From an uncultured Thiotrichales bacterium (GTDB taxonomy: Bacteria > Pseudomonadota > Gammaproteobacteria > UWMA-0217): a stretch of DNA of 64,000 bases. The notes beneath the pieces were generated by a model, which worked only from the letters and a program-made list of their open reading frames with translations, was not told the DNA's origin and did no database searches. How positions within the stretch are numbered: position 1 is the stretch's first letter; every line of letters begins with the position of its first letter. Made by a program: the position numbers and the translations under genes. The DNA lies in NCBI GenBank assembly GCA_964620675.1, contig CAZUJU010000009.1, positions 13,943-77,942 on the forward strand, read 5' to 3'. Below are positions 31,464 through 41,268 of the stretch, piece after piece.

Positions 31464-32114
31464 GTGGATGAAATGATCAGGCTGCTGAGTGTGGCGGCGC
31501 TGCCGCTGATATTCGCGATCACGTTGCACGAGGCCGCCCACGGTTGGGTCGCGAATCGTCTCGGTGATCCGACCGCCAAACAACTCGGGCGGCTGACCGC
31601 GAACCCGATCCCGCATATCGACCCGATCGGTACGGTCCTGGTACCGCTCGCGATGTTGGCGTTGAGCGGATTCATTTTCGGCTGGGCGAAACCGGTGCCA
31701 GTCAATATCCGCAATTTTCGCGATCCGCGTAAGGATATGGCCCTGGTCGCGGTGGCAGGCCCTGTTTCCAATCTGTTGATGGCGCTCTTCTGGGGCCTGA
31801 TTTGGAAGGCTGGAATCCTGATGTCGGGCGGCGATTTCGCTTGGTTCGCCGAGCCAATGCAGTTGATGGGTCGGATCGGCATGTTTCTGAACTTGATCCT
31901 GATGGTGCTTAACCTGCTGCCATTGCCGCCGCTCGACGGGGGACGGGTGCTGAGCTGGCTGGTGCCGACCCGCTGGGCGCTGGCGCTCGACCGGATCGAG
32001 CCGTATGGAATATTCATCCTGCTTGGGTTGCTGTTTCTCGGGCTGTGGCCCCACGTCATCGGTCCCGCCACCGATGTATTTTCTCGGCTGATCAAAATGT
32101 TGCTTCAAATCTAA
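31464..32114 (+). CDS. Site-2 protease family (peptidase M50) membrane metalloprotease
   Basis: HExxH in a TM helix (LHEAAHGW) plus several further TM helices. Confidence 0.7.
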   Translation: MDEMIRLLSVAALPLIFAITLHEAAHGWVANRLGDPTAKQLGRLTANPIPHIDPIGTVLVPLAMLALSGFIFGWAKPVPVNIRNFRDPRKDMALVAVAGPVSNLLMALFWGLIWKAGILMSGGDFAWFAEPMQLMGRIGMFLNLILMVLNLLPLPPLDGGRVLSWLVPTRWALALDRIEPYGIFILLGLLFLGLWPHVIGPATDVFSRLIKMLLQI

Positions 32115-32126
32115 AAGGCCAATGCC

Positions 32127-33323
32127 ATGCACAGGATACTTTCCGGCATGCGCCCGACTGGGCGCCTGCATCTCGGGCACTATCGCGGGGTGCTTAAAAA
32201 CTGGATCGAGCTTCAACACAGTCACGAGTGTTTCTTTTTTGTCGCCGATTGGCATGCGCTGACGACGCATTACGAGACGCCCGAGGGCATCGAAGCCAGC
32301 GTTTGGGACATGGTGATCGACTGGTTAGCGGCGGGTGTCAGTCCGTCCTCTGCGACCTTGTTCATCCAATCGCGGGTACCTGAACATGCGGAACTGCATT
32401 TACTGTTGTCGATGATCACCCCGCTGGGTTGGCTTGAGCGGGTGCCGAGTTATAAGGACCAACAAGATAAATTGCGTGAGAAAGATCTCGCAACATACGG
32501 ATTTTTAGGGTATCCGTTACTGCAAAGTGCCGATATCCTGATCTACAAGGCGGACGGCGTCCCGGTCGGCGAAGACCAGGTCGCGCATATCGAGCTGACG
32601 CGCGAGGTCGCGCGACGCTTCAATCATCTGTTCGGGCGTGAGATCGGCTTTGAAGACAAAGCCGAACTCGCGATTGCCAAGATGAGCAAGAAGGATGCAC
32701 GGCTGTACCGGGAGAAGCGCAAGGCCTACGTCGAGAAAGGCGACCAGGCGGCCTTGGAAACGGCGCAGGCGCTCCTCGAAGCGCAGCAAAATCTCTCAGT
32801 CGGCGACCGCGAGCGCTTGTGGGGTTATCTCGAAGGCTCCGGCAAGATTATTCTGCACGAGCCGGATGCGTTGCTGACCGCGTCGGCAAAGATGCCGGGT
32901 CTGGATGGGCAGAAAATGTCGAAATCCTACGGCAATACGATCGCGTTGCGTGAAGCGCCGGATGAGGTCGCGCGCAAGATCCGCACCATGCCGACCGATC
33001 CGGCGCGGGTACGCCGCACTGACCCGGGCGACCCAGCCAAGTGCCCGGTATGGCAGTTTCATCGCATTTATTCGGACGAGGCGCGCCGCGTCTGGGTGGA
33101 CAACGGTTGCCGCAATGCCGCGATTGGCTGCCTGGAGTGCAAGCAGCCGATCATCGATGCGGTGTTGGAAGAACTCACGCCGATACGCGAACGCGCCGCC
33201 GAGTTGGAGCGCGAACCGGCACTGATCCAGAACATCATCAACGAGGGTTGTGAGGCGGCGCGCGATGTCGCACGCGATACGCTGGAAGAAGTCCGCAAGG
33301 CGATCGGTCTGAATTACCGCTGA
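32127..33323 (+). CDS. trpS: Tryptophan--tRNA ligase (long, 398-aa form)
   Basis: Class I aaRS motifs: HIGH as TGRLHLGH and KMSKS as KMSKS. Confidence 0.9.
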   Translation: MHRILSGMRPTGRLHLGHYRGVLKNWIELQHSHECFFFVADWHALTTHYETPEGIEASVWDMVIDWLAAGVSPSSATLFIQSRVPEHAELHLLLSMITPLGWLERVPSYKDQQDKLREKDLATYGFLGYPLLQSADILIYKADGVPVGEDQVAHIELTREVARRFNHLFGREIGFEDKAELAIAKMSKKDARLYREKRKAYVEKGDQAALETAQALLEAQQNLSVGDRERLWGYLEGSGKIILHEPDALLTASAKMPGLDGQKMSKSYGNTIALREAPDEVARKIRTMPTDPARVRRTDPGDPAKCPVWQFHRIYSDEARRVWVDNGCRNAAIGCLECKQPIIDAVLEELTPIRERAAELEREPALIQNIINEGCEAARDVARDTLEEVRKAIGLNYR

Positions 33324-33332
33324 TCCCCGCCG

Positions 33333-34136
33333 ATGCCACCGCAACCGGAAACCGCCGTTCAGACCGAGCTGCCTTTTGCCATCGTGCAAGGGGAGCCGCT
33401 CAGCCTGCCGCCGTCGGACCTCTACATTCCACCGGATGCGCTGGAGGTGATTCTGGAGGCATTCGAGGGGCCGCTCGATTTGCTGCTATACCTCATCAAG
33501 CGGCAAAACCTCGACATTCTGGATATTCCAATCGCGGAGATCACCCTGCAATACGTCAGCTATATCGAGCTGATGGACGTGATGCGCTGGGAGCTGGCCG
33601 CCGAGTATCTGGTGATGGCCGCGCTGCTGGCGGAGATCAAATCCAAGATGCTGTTGCCGCGGCCGGAAGCGATGTCCGAGGAGGAAGACCCGCGCGCCGA
33701 ACTGGTGCGGCGCTTGCAGGAATACGAGCAGATTCGGCTCGCCGCTGAGCGTCTCGACGAACTGCCGCGTCTGGAGCGCGATATCGCCCTCACTCGCGCG
33801 GCCCCGCCGCCGCTCGAAACCCTGCGCCCGGAACCCGATGTGGGGATGGACGAGTTGATCGCCGTCATGCGCGATCTGCTCAAGCGCTCGGAAATGTTTG
33901 GTCGGCACCAGATCAAGCGCGAACGGCTTTCGGTGCGCGAGCGTATGGTCGCGATCCTGGAGCGGCTGGAATCGGTTGAACACTATACCGAGCTCGCCGC
34001 ATTGTTCATGGTGACGGAAGGGCGGCTCGGCATCGTCGTAACGTTTCTTGCGGTGCTTGAACTGCAAAAGGAGCACGCGATCGACCTGATGCAAAATGCC
34101 CATCACGCCCCGATTTACGTCAAGCGTGCCGGTTGA
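33333..34136 (+). CDS. scpA: Segregation and condensation protein A
   Basis: ScpA motif FEGPLDLLLYLI and its position before scpB. Confidence 0.85.
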   Translation: MPPQPETAVQTELPFAIVQGEPLSLPPSDLYIPPDALEVILEAFEGPLDLLLYLIKRQNLDILDIPIAEITLQYVSYIELMDVMRWELAAEYLVMAALLAEIKSKMLLPRPEAMSEEEDPRAELVRRLQEYEQIRLAAERLDELPRLERDIALTRAAPPPLETLRPEPDVGMDELIAVMRDLLKRSEMFGRHQIKRERLSVRERMVAILERLESVEHYTELAALFMVTEGRLGIVVTFLAVLELQKEHAIDLMQNAHHAPIYVKRAG

Positions 34137-34736
34137 GTGACCGACGCGCGCGCGGAGACGAGAAACATGGAACCGCAGCCACTGAAACGGATCGTTGAGG
34201 CGCTACTGATGGCCTCCGATCAGCCACTTAAACTTGAACGTATCGCCGAGATTGTTAATGACGGCGACTCGCACCAGGCGCGCAACGAGATCGCCGCCGC
34301 GCTCACCGCGTTGCAAATCGACTATGCCGAGCGCGCGGTCGAGTTGCGGGAGGTCGCTAGCGGCTTTCGCTTTCAGGTACGCACCGAGTTCGCGGTCTGG
34401 ATCGGACGACTGCACGAGGAAAAGCCGCCGCGCTACTCACGCGCGGTGCTGGAGACCTTGGCCCTGATCGCTTACAAGCAGCCGACCACCCGCGCCGAGA
34501 TCGAGGCCGTGCGCGGCGTGACGGTGAGTACCCAAATCGTCAAGACCTTGCTGGAGCGGCAGTGGGTCAGGGTCATTGGGCATAAAGATGTCCCAGGCCG
34601 TCCGGCCTTGTATGCGACCACCCGCCAGTTCCTCGACTACTTCAACCTCAACACCTTGGACGGATTGCCGTCGTTACAGGGACTGAAAAATGATGATGCG
34701 CCCAACCGTGAGCTGGAATTCCGGGAATTCGATTGA
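34137..34736 (+). CDS. scpB: Segregation and condensation protein B (GTG at 34137, or ATG at 34167)
   Basis: Winged-helix ScpB motifs (LEALLMASDQPL, LETLALIAYKQPTTRAEIE). Confidence 0.85.
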   Translation: MTDARAETRNMEPQPLKRIVEALLMASDQPLKLERIAEIVNDGDSHQARNEIAAALTALQIDYAERAVELREVASGFRFQVRTEFAVWIGRLHEEKPPRYSRAVLETLALIAYKQPTTRAEIEAVRGVTVSTQIVKTLLERQWVRVIGHKDVPGRPALYATTRQFLDYFNLNTLDGLPSLQGLKNDDAPNRELEFREFD

Positions 34737-34846
34737 AGGGCTGCGAGCGCTGGCGCGCGGAGAAAGCGTCGATCCGCGCCCGCGCCTCGCGAGAATGGCT
34801 GGGCTTGTTGACTGCACGGTACGTCGATGGTGACAGATAAAACCGT

Positions 34847-35812
34847 ATGACCGCACTTCAGGAAAGCATTGAAGAGCAGCGCGCTGCGCTGACGAACGTG
34901 TTGGCCGGGCCGATCACCGCGCTGGTGGAACGCTGCGTGGTGGCGTGGCCGGATCGCGATGGTTTGAATCAGGTGTTGCGCGCTCACCTCGCGCCGGTTC
35001 CGTATGCGAAATTTCTCTATGCGCTGGACAGCGCGGGCGTGCAGGTGAGTGATACCGTCAGCCGCAGCGGGCTGATGCCGGAGCATTACCGGCGCGATCG
35101 CGCGGATCGGCCGTACATGAATTCGGTATTGCCGTGCGTGGATTTCTGGTTGTCCGCGGCCTATATCAGTCTGCGCGCGAAGCGTCCGTCGCTGACCGCC
35201 TTGCACCTGGTACGTAAGAACGGCGCGGTGGTCGGATTCATCGGCGTCGATTTCGACCTGCGTGATCTGCCGCTGACGCGCGCGGTCTACCGCGAGCCCG
35301 ACCACTGGCGCCAAATCAAGGGCGATCCGGCGATCCGCGGTCAGGTTTTTCATCAGTGCCGGATCGACAGCCCGCTCGATCGCGAGATTGACAACGTGCT
35401 CGCGGTGGTCGAGGCCTTGCTGATCGATCATGGGGTGTTTCAATGCAAACTCCATTTTTCAAGCAGCCGCGCCACGATTTTTCTGATGAGCGACCCCTAC
35501 CGCTACCGGATTCTCGACTACGAGGCCTTGATTGACCCGGACATGTGTCTTGCCTATCCGCGCGAACAGTATCCCGCCGACGCGCTGGTGCCTGCCAACG
35601 CGATTCGCCCCCTCCTGCGGGTAATGCGCGCGTTGCGTTTCATTGACGAAACCTTTTACCTGCGCTCCGGCAGCATCAACATCTTTAACGGGATCGTGAG
35701 CCTGACCTTTTCCTGCGACGGCTCGCACTACATGCGCTACGACGAGTTTCTGACCAAAGGCAGTGATTTCTGGGTCAGTTCATCGTTGGGCGGCGAAGCA
35801 GCGCTGGCTTGA
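34847..35812 (+). CDS. Hypothetical cytosolic protein of 321 aa; apparent first gene of the channel operon
   Basis: Long ORF on the same strand, 44 nt upstream of the Nav-channel gene. No TM segment or signal peptide. Family not recognised. Confidence 0.4.
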   Translation: MTALQESIEEQRAALTNVLAGPITALVERCVVAWPDRDGLNQVLRAHLAPVPYAKFLYALDSAGVQVSDTVSRSGLMPEHYRRDRADRPYMNSVLPCVDFWLSAAYISLRAKRPSLTALHLVRKNGAVVGFIGVDFDLRDLPLTRAVYREPDHWRQIKGDPAIRGQVFHQCRIDSPLDREIDNVLAVVEALLIDHGVFQCKLHFSSSRATIFLMSDPYRYRILDYEALIDPDMCLAYPREQYPADALVPANAIRPLLRVMRALRFIDETFYLRSGSINIFNGIVSLTFSCDGSHYMRYDEFLTKGSDFWVSSSLGGEAALA

Positions 35813-35855
35813 GCGCGCATGGCGGCATTTTATTGGCACCGGGAGTTGAGGTTAT

Positions 35856-36716
35856 ATGTTGATTGAACCAGCCGAAGCGGCACCGCGCAGCCTGCGCGAG
35901 CGCGTGAATGCGCGGGTGGAATCACGGTTGTTTCAGCGCGTTATCGTGGCCTTGATCATCGTGAACGCGGTGATTCTCGGGTTGGAGACCGTCCCGTCGG
36001 TGATGGCGCGAGTCGGGTCGGCCCTGATTCTGCTCGACCGGCTGATTCTGGCGGTGTTCGTGGTCGAGATCGCGGCACGAATTTTCGCGCAGGGCTGGCG
36101 CTTCTTCACCCGCGCCTGGAATCTGTTCGACTTCTTGATCGTCGGGATCGCGTTGGTGCCCGCGAGCGGACCGCTGCAGGTGCTGCGGGCATTGCGCGTG
36201 CTGCGGGTATTGCGGCTGGTATCGGTGGTGCCGCAATTGCGCTTCGTGGTCGATTCGCTGCTGCATGCACTGCCAGGCATCGGCTCGATCGCGGCCTTGA
36301 TGGTGGTGCTGTTTTACGTGTTTGCGGTGATGGCCACGGGCTTGTTCGGCGCTGAACACGCGGAGTGGTTCGGCACCATCGGGCGCTCGATGTATACCCT
36401 GTTTCAGGTCATGACGCTCGAAAGCTGGTCGATGGGGATCGTGCGCCCGGTGATGGAAACCCACAGCCTGGCCTGGTTGTTTTTCATCCCCTTCATCCTG
36501 ATGGCGACGTTCACGGTACTGAACCTGTTCATCGCGATCATCGTCAACACGATGCAGACCTTGCACGACGCGAGTCAGGGTAAGGCGGAAGCCGAAGCGT
36601 CAACGACTGAGGCCGCGGATGAGCAGACCCTGGCGCGCGAGATCCAGTCCCTGCGCGAGGAATTGCGGGTGATGCGTGAGCTGCTGGTGCAGCGTGGAAG
36701 CGATGCGGGGCGGTGA
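35856..36716 (+). CDS. Bacterial voltage-gated sodium channel (NaChBac/NavAb family)
   Basis: S4 voltage sensor with Arg every third position (RALRVLRVLRLVS). The pore/selectivity filter FQVMTLESWSMGIVRPVM is almost identical to NavAb. Six TM segments and a C-terminal coiled-coil. Confidence 0.8.
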   Translation: MLIEPAEAAPRSLRERVNARVESRLFQRVIVALIIVNAVILGLETVPSVMARVGSALILLDRLILAVFVVEIAARIFAQGWRFFTRAWNLFDFLIVGIALVPASGPLQVLRALRVLRVLRLVSVVPQLRFVVDSLLHALPGIGSIAALMVVLFYVFAVMATGLFGAEHAEWFGTIGRSMYTLFQVMTLESWSMGIVRPVMETHSLAWLFFIPFILMATFTVLNLFIAIIVNTMQTLHDASQGKAEAEASTTEAADEQTLAREIQSLREELRVMRELLVQRGSDAGR

Positions 36717-37369
36717 ACACCTACCTCGACCGTTACTGTGAGCGCGTCGAACCGGGGCTCTGGGCGGAGCCTCTGAACGTTGTCTCCAATCTTGCATTCC
36801 TGCTTGCCGCAGGGATGCTTTTTCGCGCCTACCGCGCGCAACCCGTTCACGCGCCGGAGCTGCCCTGGCTGATCGGGTTGGTCGCGGCGATCGGTGCTGG
36901 CAGCGGACTCTGGCATCTGTTGGCTCGGCGCTGGGCTGAGTACGCGGACGCACTGCCGATTCTCGCTTTCATCGGTCTCTATTTCCTGTTCGCGCTCTAT
37001 CGCTTGGTGACGCCGGTATGGTCCCGCGTCATGACGGTTTGGGTCGGATTCCATTTGCTCAACGCAGCGGTTCAGGTGACTCTACCGGCGGAACTCGGCA
37101 ACGGTTCGGGATTTTATCTGCCGACGTGGTTGACGTTGTTGCTGCTGGCGCTCTATCTCGGTGGCCGGCGACATCCGCAAGCCGAGGTGTTCGGGTGGGC
37201 CGCACTGCTATTTCTACTCGCGCTTGGCCTGCGTACGGTGGATCTCACGCTATGTCCGCGCGTGGCATTTGGTACCCATTTTCTTTGGCACCTTATGACC
37301 GCGGGCGTGCTTTACCTGCTGGTGAGCGGCTTGATCGCCGCGGCGCGGCGCGATGCGGTCAGTCCCTAA
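36713..37369 (+). CDS. Alkaline-ceramidase-family (CREST superfamily) 7-TM membrane hydrolase-like protein; GTG start overlapping the channel stop (GTGA)
   Basis: Ceramidase-like motifs: DRYCE...EP.N.VSNLAFL at the N-terminus and a His-rich helix (GTHFLWHLMTAG) matching the ACER ...FHAWWHILTG motif. Confidence 0.55.
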   Translation: MNTYLDRYCERVEPGLWAEPLNVVSNLAFLLAAGMLFRAYRAQPVHAPELPWLIGLVAAIGAGSGLWHLLARRWAEYADALPILAFIGLYFLFALYRLVTPVWSRVMTVWVGFHLLNAAVQVTLPAELGNGSGFYLPTWLTLLLLALYLGGRRHPQAEVFGWAALLFLLALGLRTVDLTLCPRVAFGTHFLWHLMTAGVLYLLVSGLIAAARRDAVSP

Positions 37370-38486
37370 GCGATTCCCAGGCGGCGATCAGGGCAACGGC
37401 GGCCGCGTCGATCTCGACCGCGGTGGTGAAGCGACCGAGTGAAAAACGCACCGCGCCGTGCGCGCGTTCGGGTGCGCAACCCATCGCCGCGAGCACTGCG
37501 GACACCGCCTGCCGTCCGGAATGACAAGCGGACCCGGTGGCGGCGGCCACCCCGCGCGCAGCCGCCAGGAGTTGCCAGCCAGATAAGCCCGGAAACGAGA
37601 CATTGAGCGTGTTGGGCAGGCGCTCGCTGCGGTGCCCGTTGAGTTGCAGTTGCGGAATCGCGCCCGCGAGCCGTTGCTGGAGTTGGTCGCGCAAGGTCGC
37701 CAACCGCGTGCTTTCCTCGGCGAGTTGTTGCCGCGCCAAGCGTGCGGCTTCACCCAGCGCAACGATCGCGGCGACGTTCTCCGTACCGGGGCGCAGTCCG
37801 CGCTCGTGGTTCGCTCCGAACAGGATAGGAACGAGCGGTGTGCCGGCGCGGACATACAGTGCGCCGACGCCTTTCGGGGCGTAAAACTTGTGTCCCGCAA
37901 GGGTTACAAGATCGGCGCCAAGCTGATTCACATCCACCGCGATCTTGCCCACCGCTTGCGCGGCGTCGACGTGCATCAAGGCGCCCGCTGCCTGCGCTCG
38001 AGTCGCGATCGCACCGATCGGTTGCACAGTGCCCACCTCGTTATTCGCCAGCATGACCGAAACCAGCGCCGTATCCCTGCTGACGGCGAGGATCTCGGGA
38101 TCGACGCGTCCCGCGGTATCGACGTCGATCTCGGTAACGGTCCAACCGGCACCGGCAAGATGTCGCATCGGTTGGGTGACCGAGGGATGCTCGACCGCCG
38201 AGTAACATAGTTCGCGCCGCTCGGGACGGGCGCGCGCTACGCCGAGTATCGCGAGGTTATTGGCCTCGGTGGCGCAACTGGTAAAGACGATTTCGTCAGG
38301 CTGGGCACCGATCAGCGTGGCAACTTCGCCACGGGCGTGATCGACCGCGATCCGGGCGCGCCGGCCATAGACATGGTCCGACGATGGATTGCCGTAATCC
38401 TCGGTGAGCCAAGGCAGCATCGCCTCCGTTACGCGCGGATCGACCGGAGTGGTGGCGTTGTAGTCGAGGTAGATTGGGTCGTTCAT
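37359..38486 (-). CDS. Cysteine desulfurase family (NifS/IscS-like, aminotransferase class V)
   Basis: PLP lysine motif (TLAGHKFYAPKGVGALYVR) and the active-site Cys loop (ATGSACHSG). Confidence 0.8.
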   Translation of the reverse strand: MNDPIYLDYNATTPVDPRVTEAMLPWLTEDYGNPSSDHVYGRRARIAVDHARGEVATLIGAQPDEIVFTSCATEANNLAILGVARARPERRELCYSAVEHPSVTQPMRHLAGAGWTVTEIDVDTAGRVDPEILAVSRDTALVSVMLANNEVGTVQPIGAIATRAQAAGALMHVDAAQAVGKIAVDVNQLGADLVTLAGHKFYAPKGVGALYVRAGTPLVPILFGANHERGLRPGTENVAAIVALGEAARLARQQLAEESTRLATLRDQLQQRLAGAIPQLQLNGHRSERLPNTLNVSFPGLSGWQLLAAARGVAAATGSACHSGRQAVSAVLAAMGCAPERAHGAVRFSLGRFTTAVEIDAAAVALIAAWESLRD

Positions 38487-39253
38487 AGCGGCGGAGCGGG
38501 GCGGGAAGGGCCCGGCGCCGGGGGGTGCGTCAGGATCTGCGCGCGGCGACGACCATCGCGGTAGAGGCGCAATTCCCCCGGTGTAAAGGCACCCCAGCCG
38601 GGCGTCTCGTCGAGCGGTTCGGTACTGACCAGCACGATCGGGTGCACGCCATCCGAGATTTCGCGTTCGTGCAAGCGATCGTGACCGTAAGCGATCAGAT
38701 ATTCGCCGTCGGAAAGCAGAAAATTGAACTGACCGTGGTGGGCGATCATCGCGCTGACATCTCCGAGTGCGGCCAACCAGTCCTCTGTGCGGCTGCTAAC
38801 GTCCGGGTGGCGAAAAACATGGCTCAGTAGGTGGCAAAACGCAAACTCCGAATCGGTTTCGCCGTCGGGCGCGCAGATCCGTTCGACATTGGCCACCTCC
38901 AGAGCGACCGCCGCCGGCACCAGACCATTGTGGGCGAAGGCCCACATCCGCCCGCAACAGGCATGCAGGAATGGGTGGGTATTACGCTGCGTATTCACCG
39001 GCGGAAACCGGGCCTTGCGCACATGTGCCAGCAACAGATCGCAACGTAAGTGGTCGATCAATTCCGCGAACACGTCACTCCGGCTACCCGGCTCGGGCGA
39101 CTTCTTGAGCTGGAACGTTCCGTTCTCACGCCACGCGACGCCCCAGCCGTCCGGGTTGTCGGCGATCGCGCCGCCACGGGCGCGAAACGCGGCCAGCGGC
39201 AGTGTCGTCGCGTCGAGCGGACGACTGGCGGAAAATCCGAATAGCTCACACAT
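38483..39253 (-). CDS. Class II (Ntn-type) glutamine amidotransferase, YafJ-like
   Basis: N-terminal MCELFGFSA with Cys2 as the nucleophile; Ntn-hydrolase fold motifs. Its stop overlaps the start of the cysteine desulfurase gene (ATGA). Confidence 0.75.
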   Translation of the reverse strand: MCELFGFSASRPLDATTLPLAAFRARGGAIADNPDGWGVAWRENGTFQLKKSPEPGSRSDVFAELIDHLRCDLLLAHVRKARFPPVNTQRNTHPFLHACCGRMWAFAHNGLVPAAVALEVANVERICAPDGETDSEFAFCHLLSHVFRHPDVSSRTEDWLAALGDVSAMIAHHGQFNFLLSDGEYLIAYGHDRLHEREISDGVHPIVLVSTEPLDETPGWGAFTPGELRLYRDGRRRAQILTHPPAPGPSRPAPPL

Positions 39254-39736
39254 CGCTGGCGCGAGCGATTACGGCGCTGTGAGTCTCCGCGGTAGCCTCG
39301 GCGCCGGGTGAACTTACGCGTGGTCGCCATTGCTGCGACGCTTGTGCTTGTATTTGCATCACCTGCCTCCAGTGCCGGTAACTGACAGGATATCGGGTGT
39401 ACGCGGCGAGCGAAACAGCGATATCCGCGCGCAGGTGCTCCGCGACCGGGTTCCGTTCGCCCCCTTCAGGTATTGCAGCCATGGATGGGAGTCGAACGAC
39501 GGTGGGCGCGATGGATTGCGCCGCTCCACAGACGTCCATTGAGTGGCGGTTCGTGGACCTGCCGGTAGCGAGAAATGGAGGCTTGGCGTGTTCCCAGGAT
39601 GCGCCACTGCGGTTGCTGCGCCGGGCGATCGGGTACAATCAAAGGCGCGGCCTGGTCTGTGAACCAAGCTCAGGCCGAAATAGTCGAGCGACCCGCTGCA
39701 GGGTGAGGTCGGCAAAATAAATTTCGCGCGGCATCG

Positions 39737-40588
39737 ATGCCGCCAGAGGACCGCATGAGTAATACCAACACCAAAACGATGGCGCTTTTTTGCGATTTCG
39801 AGAACATCGCACTCGGGGTCAGGGACGCCAAATACGCTCGTTTCAATATCCAGAAGGTGCTTGAACGCTTGTTGCTGAAAGGCAATATCGTGGTAAAAAA
39901 GGCGTACTGCGACTGGGAACGTTACAAGGAGTTCAAGGCGGCGATGCATGAGGCGGCCTTCGAGTTGATCGAGATTCCGCACGTGCGCCAGAGCGGCAAG
40001 AACTCCGCCGACATCCGCATGGTCGTTGACGCCCTTGATCTGTGTTACACCAAGTCGCACGTCGACATGTTCGTGATCATCAGCGGCGATTCCGATTTCT
40101 CGCCGCTGGTGAGCAAACTGCGTGAAAACAACAAGCTCGTCATCGGCGTTGGGGTCAAGAAATCAACTTCGGATCTGTTGATCGCGAACTGCGATGAGTT
40201 CATCTACTACGATGATCTCGTCCGTGAAGAAAAAAAGCCGCGCCGGCGGCGCAGTAAATCGGCCGCGCCGGCCAAAGCCAATGGCAAGGCGGTGACCAAG
40301 GCCGAAACCGAGGATAAGAACGACGAGAATAAGCGCCAGGAGGCGGTTGATCTGTTGGTCGAAACGGTTGAGGACCTGTTCGAGGAGCGTAGCGCGGAGG
40401 AGAAGGTCTGGGGATCAATGGTGAAACAGGCCATCAAGCGGCGCAATCCGGGGTTCAACGAGTCTTACCACGGCTTTCGCACCTTCGGTAAGTTGCTGGA
40501 AGAGGCGCAGACACGAGGTCTGCTGACCTTGGAGTTTGATGAAAAATCAGGTGGCTATATCATCGCGAGTTTTACGGCGGACGATTGA
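39737..40588 (+). CDS. NYN-domain (LabA-like) protein with a C-terminal OST-HTH/LOTUS domain
   Basis: N-terminal ALFCDFENI...(NYN/PIN-like acidic residues) and SGDSDFSPLV; a basic linker (KKPRRRRSK); a C-terminal OST-HTH-like helical domain. Confidence 0.7.
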   Translation: MPPEDRMSNTNTKTMALFCDFENIALGVRDAKYARFNIQKVLERLLLKGNIVVKKAYCDWERYKEFKAAMHEAAFELIEIPHVRQSGKNSADIRMVVDALDLCYTKSHVDMFVIISGDSDFSPLVSKLRENNKLVIGVGVKKSTSDLLIANCDEFIYYDDLVREEKKPRRRRSKSAAPAKANGKAVTKAETEDKNDENKRQEAVDLLVETVEDLFEERSAEEKVWGSMVKQAIKRRNPGFNESYHGFRTFGKLLEEAQTRGLLTLEFDEKSGGYIIASFTADD

Positions 40589-40728
40589 CGTCAGGTCCGG
40601 CAGGTGGTGCGACCGCGCGTGACCGCAAAGGCGCGCGAGTGGTCGCCGCGGGTGGCGCGCGGCAGCGGTGCTGCTTGCGCGCATAGGCGACGGTGAATGC
40701 TTAAGAGATCGACGAACGAACGCTTACG

Positions 40729-41268
40729 ATGTCGCGAACGACCGATCATGCCCTGATTGAAGCGATCGCCACGCCACGGCGCGACGGCGAGGTTTGGCCC
40801 GGGGCGTGGTATGACGCGCAACTCGCGCGGCTGCGCGCTGGCATCGGTCAGCGGGTTTACTTGGTAGAAATCCGGGAGAGCGCGATTCATCTCGCGGTCC
40901 ACCTCGATGACAAACCGCTCGAACTGCTTGCGGTGGTTGAGTTTCCGAAGCCCGATCCATCGCGCAATTTGTTACCGCATCTGATCGTGTTGAGCGACGG
41001 ACGCGGCATTAATCTCGGTCGGGTGACGCGAATCAGCGTCGGGCAACCGTTCTTGCCCGCACCGCGCGATGTGTTGTTCGAGAATGCCCCGTTGCGGCAG
41101 GCACTGCTCGGTGACGAACGCACCCTGAACCGCGACCGCATCGCGGCGATCAGTCACATGAATCTGGCTGCATTGCTCGCGACTGCCACACTACCGCCGT
41201 TGGTGACCGACGCGTCCACGCCGATCGGATCGGATGCGGCGGTTGCGCCCGAGGAATCGGGCCTTTAA
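40729..41268 (+). CDS. Hypothetical protein of 179 aa
   Basis: ORF with plausible coding composition; family not recognised. Confidence 0.35.
   Translation: MSRTTDHALIEAIATPRRDGEVWPGAWYDAQLARLRAGIGQRVYLVEIRESAIHLAVHLDDKPLELLAVVEFPKPDPSRNLLPHLIVLSDGRGINLGRVTRISVGQPFLPAPRDVLFENAPLRQALLGDERTLNRDRIAAISHMNLAALLATATLPPLVTDASTPIGSDAAVAPEESGL

Noticed and set aside
39470-39570. tRNA-like T-arm string (ggagtcgaac) on the minus strand in the 483-bp non-coding gap
   Set aside because: Reverse-complementing the region gives no complementary 7-bp acceptor stem, no T-stem pairing and no proper 3' end, so it is not a tRNA.
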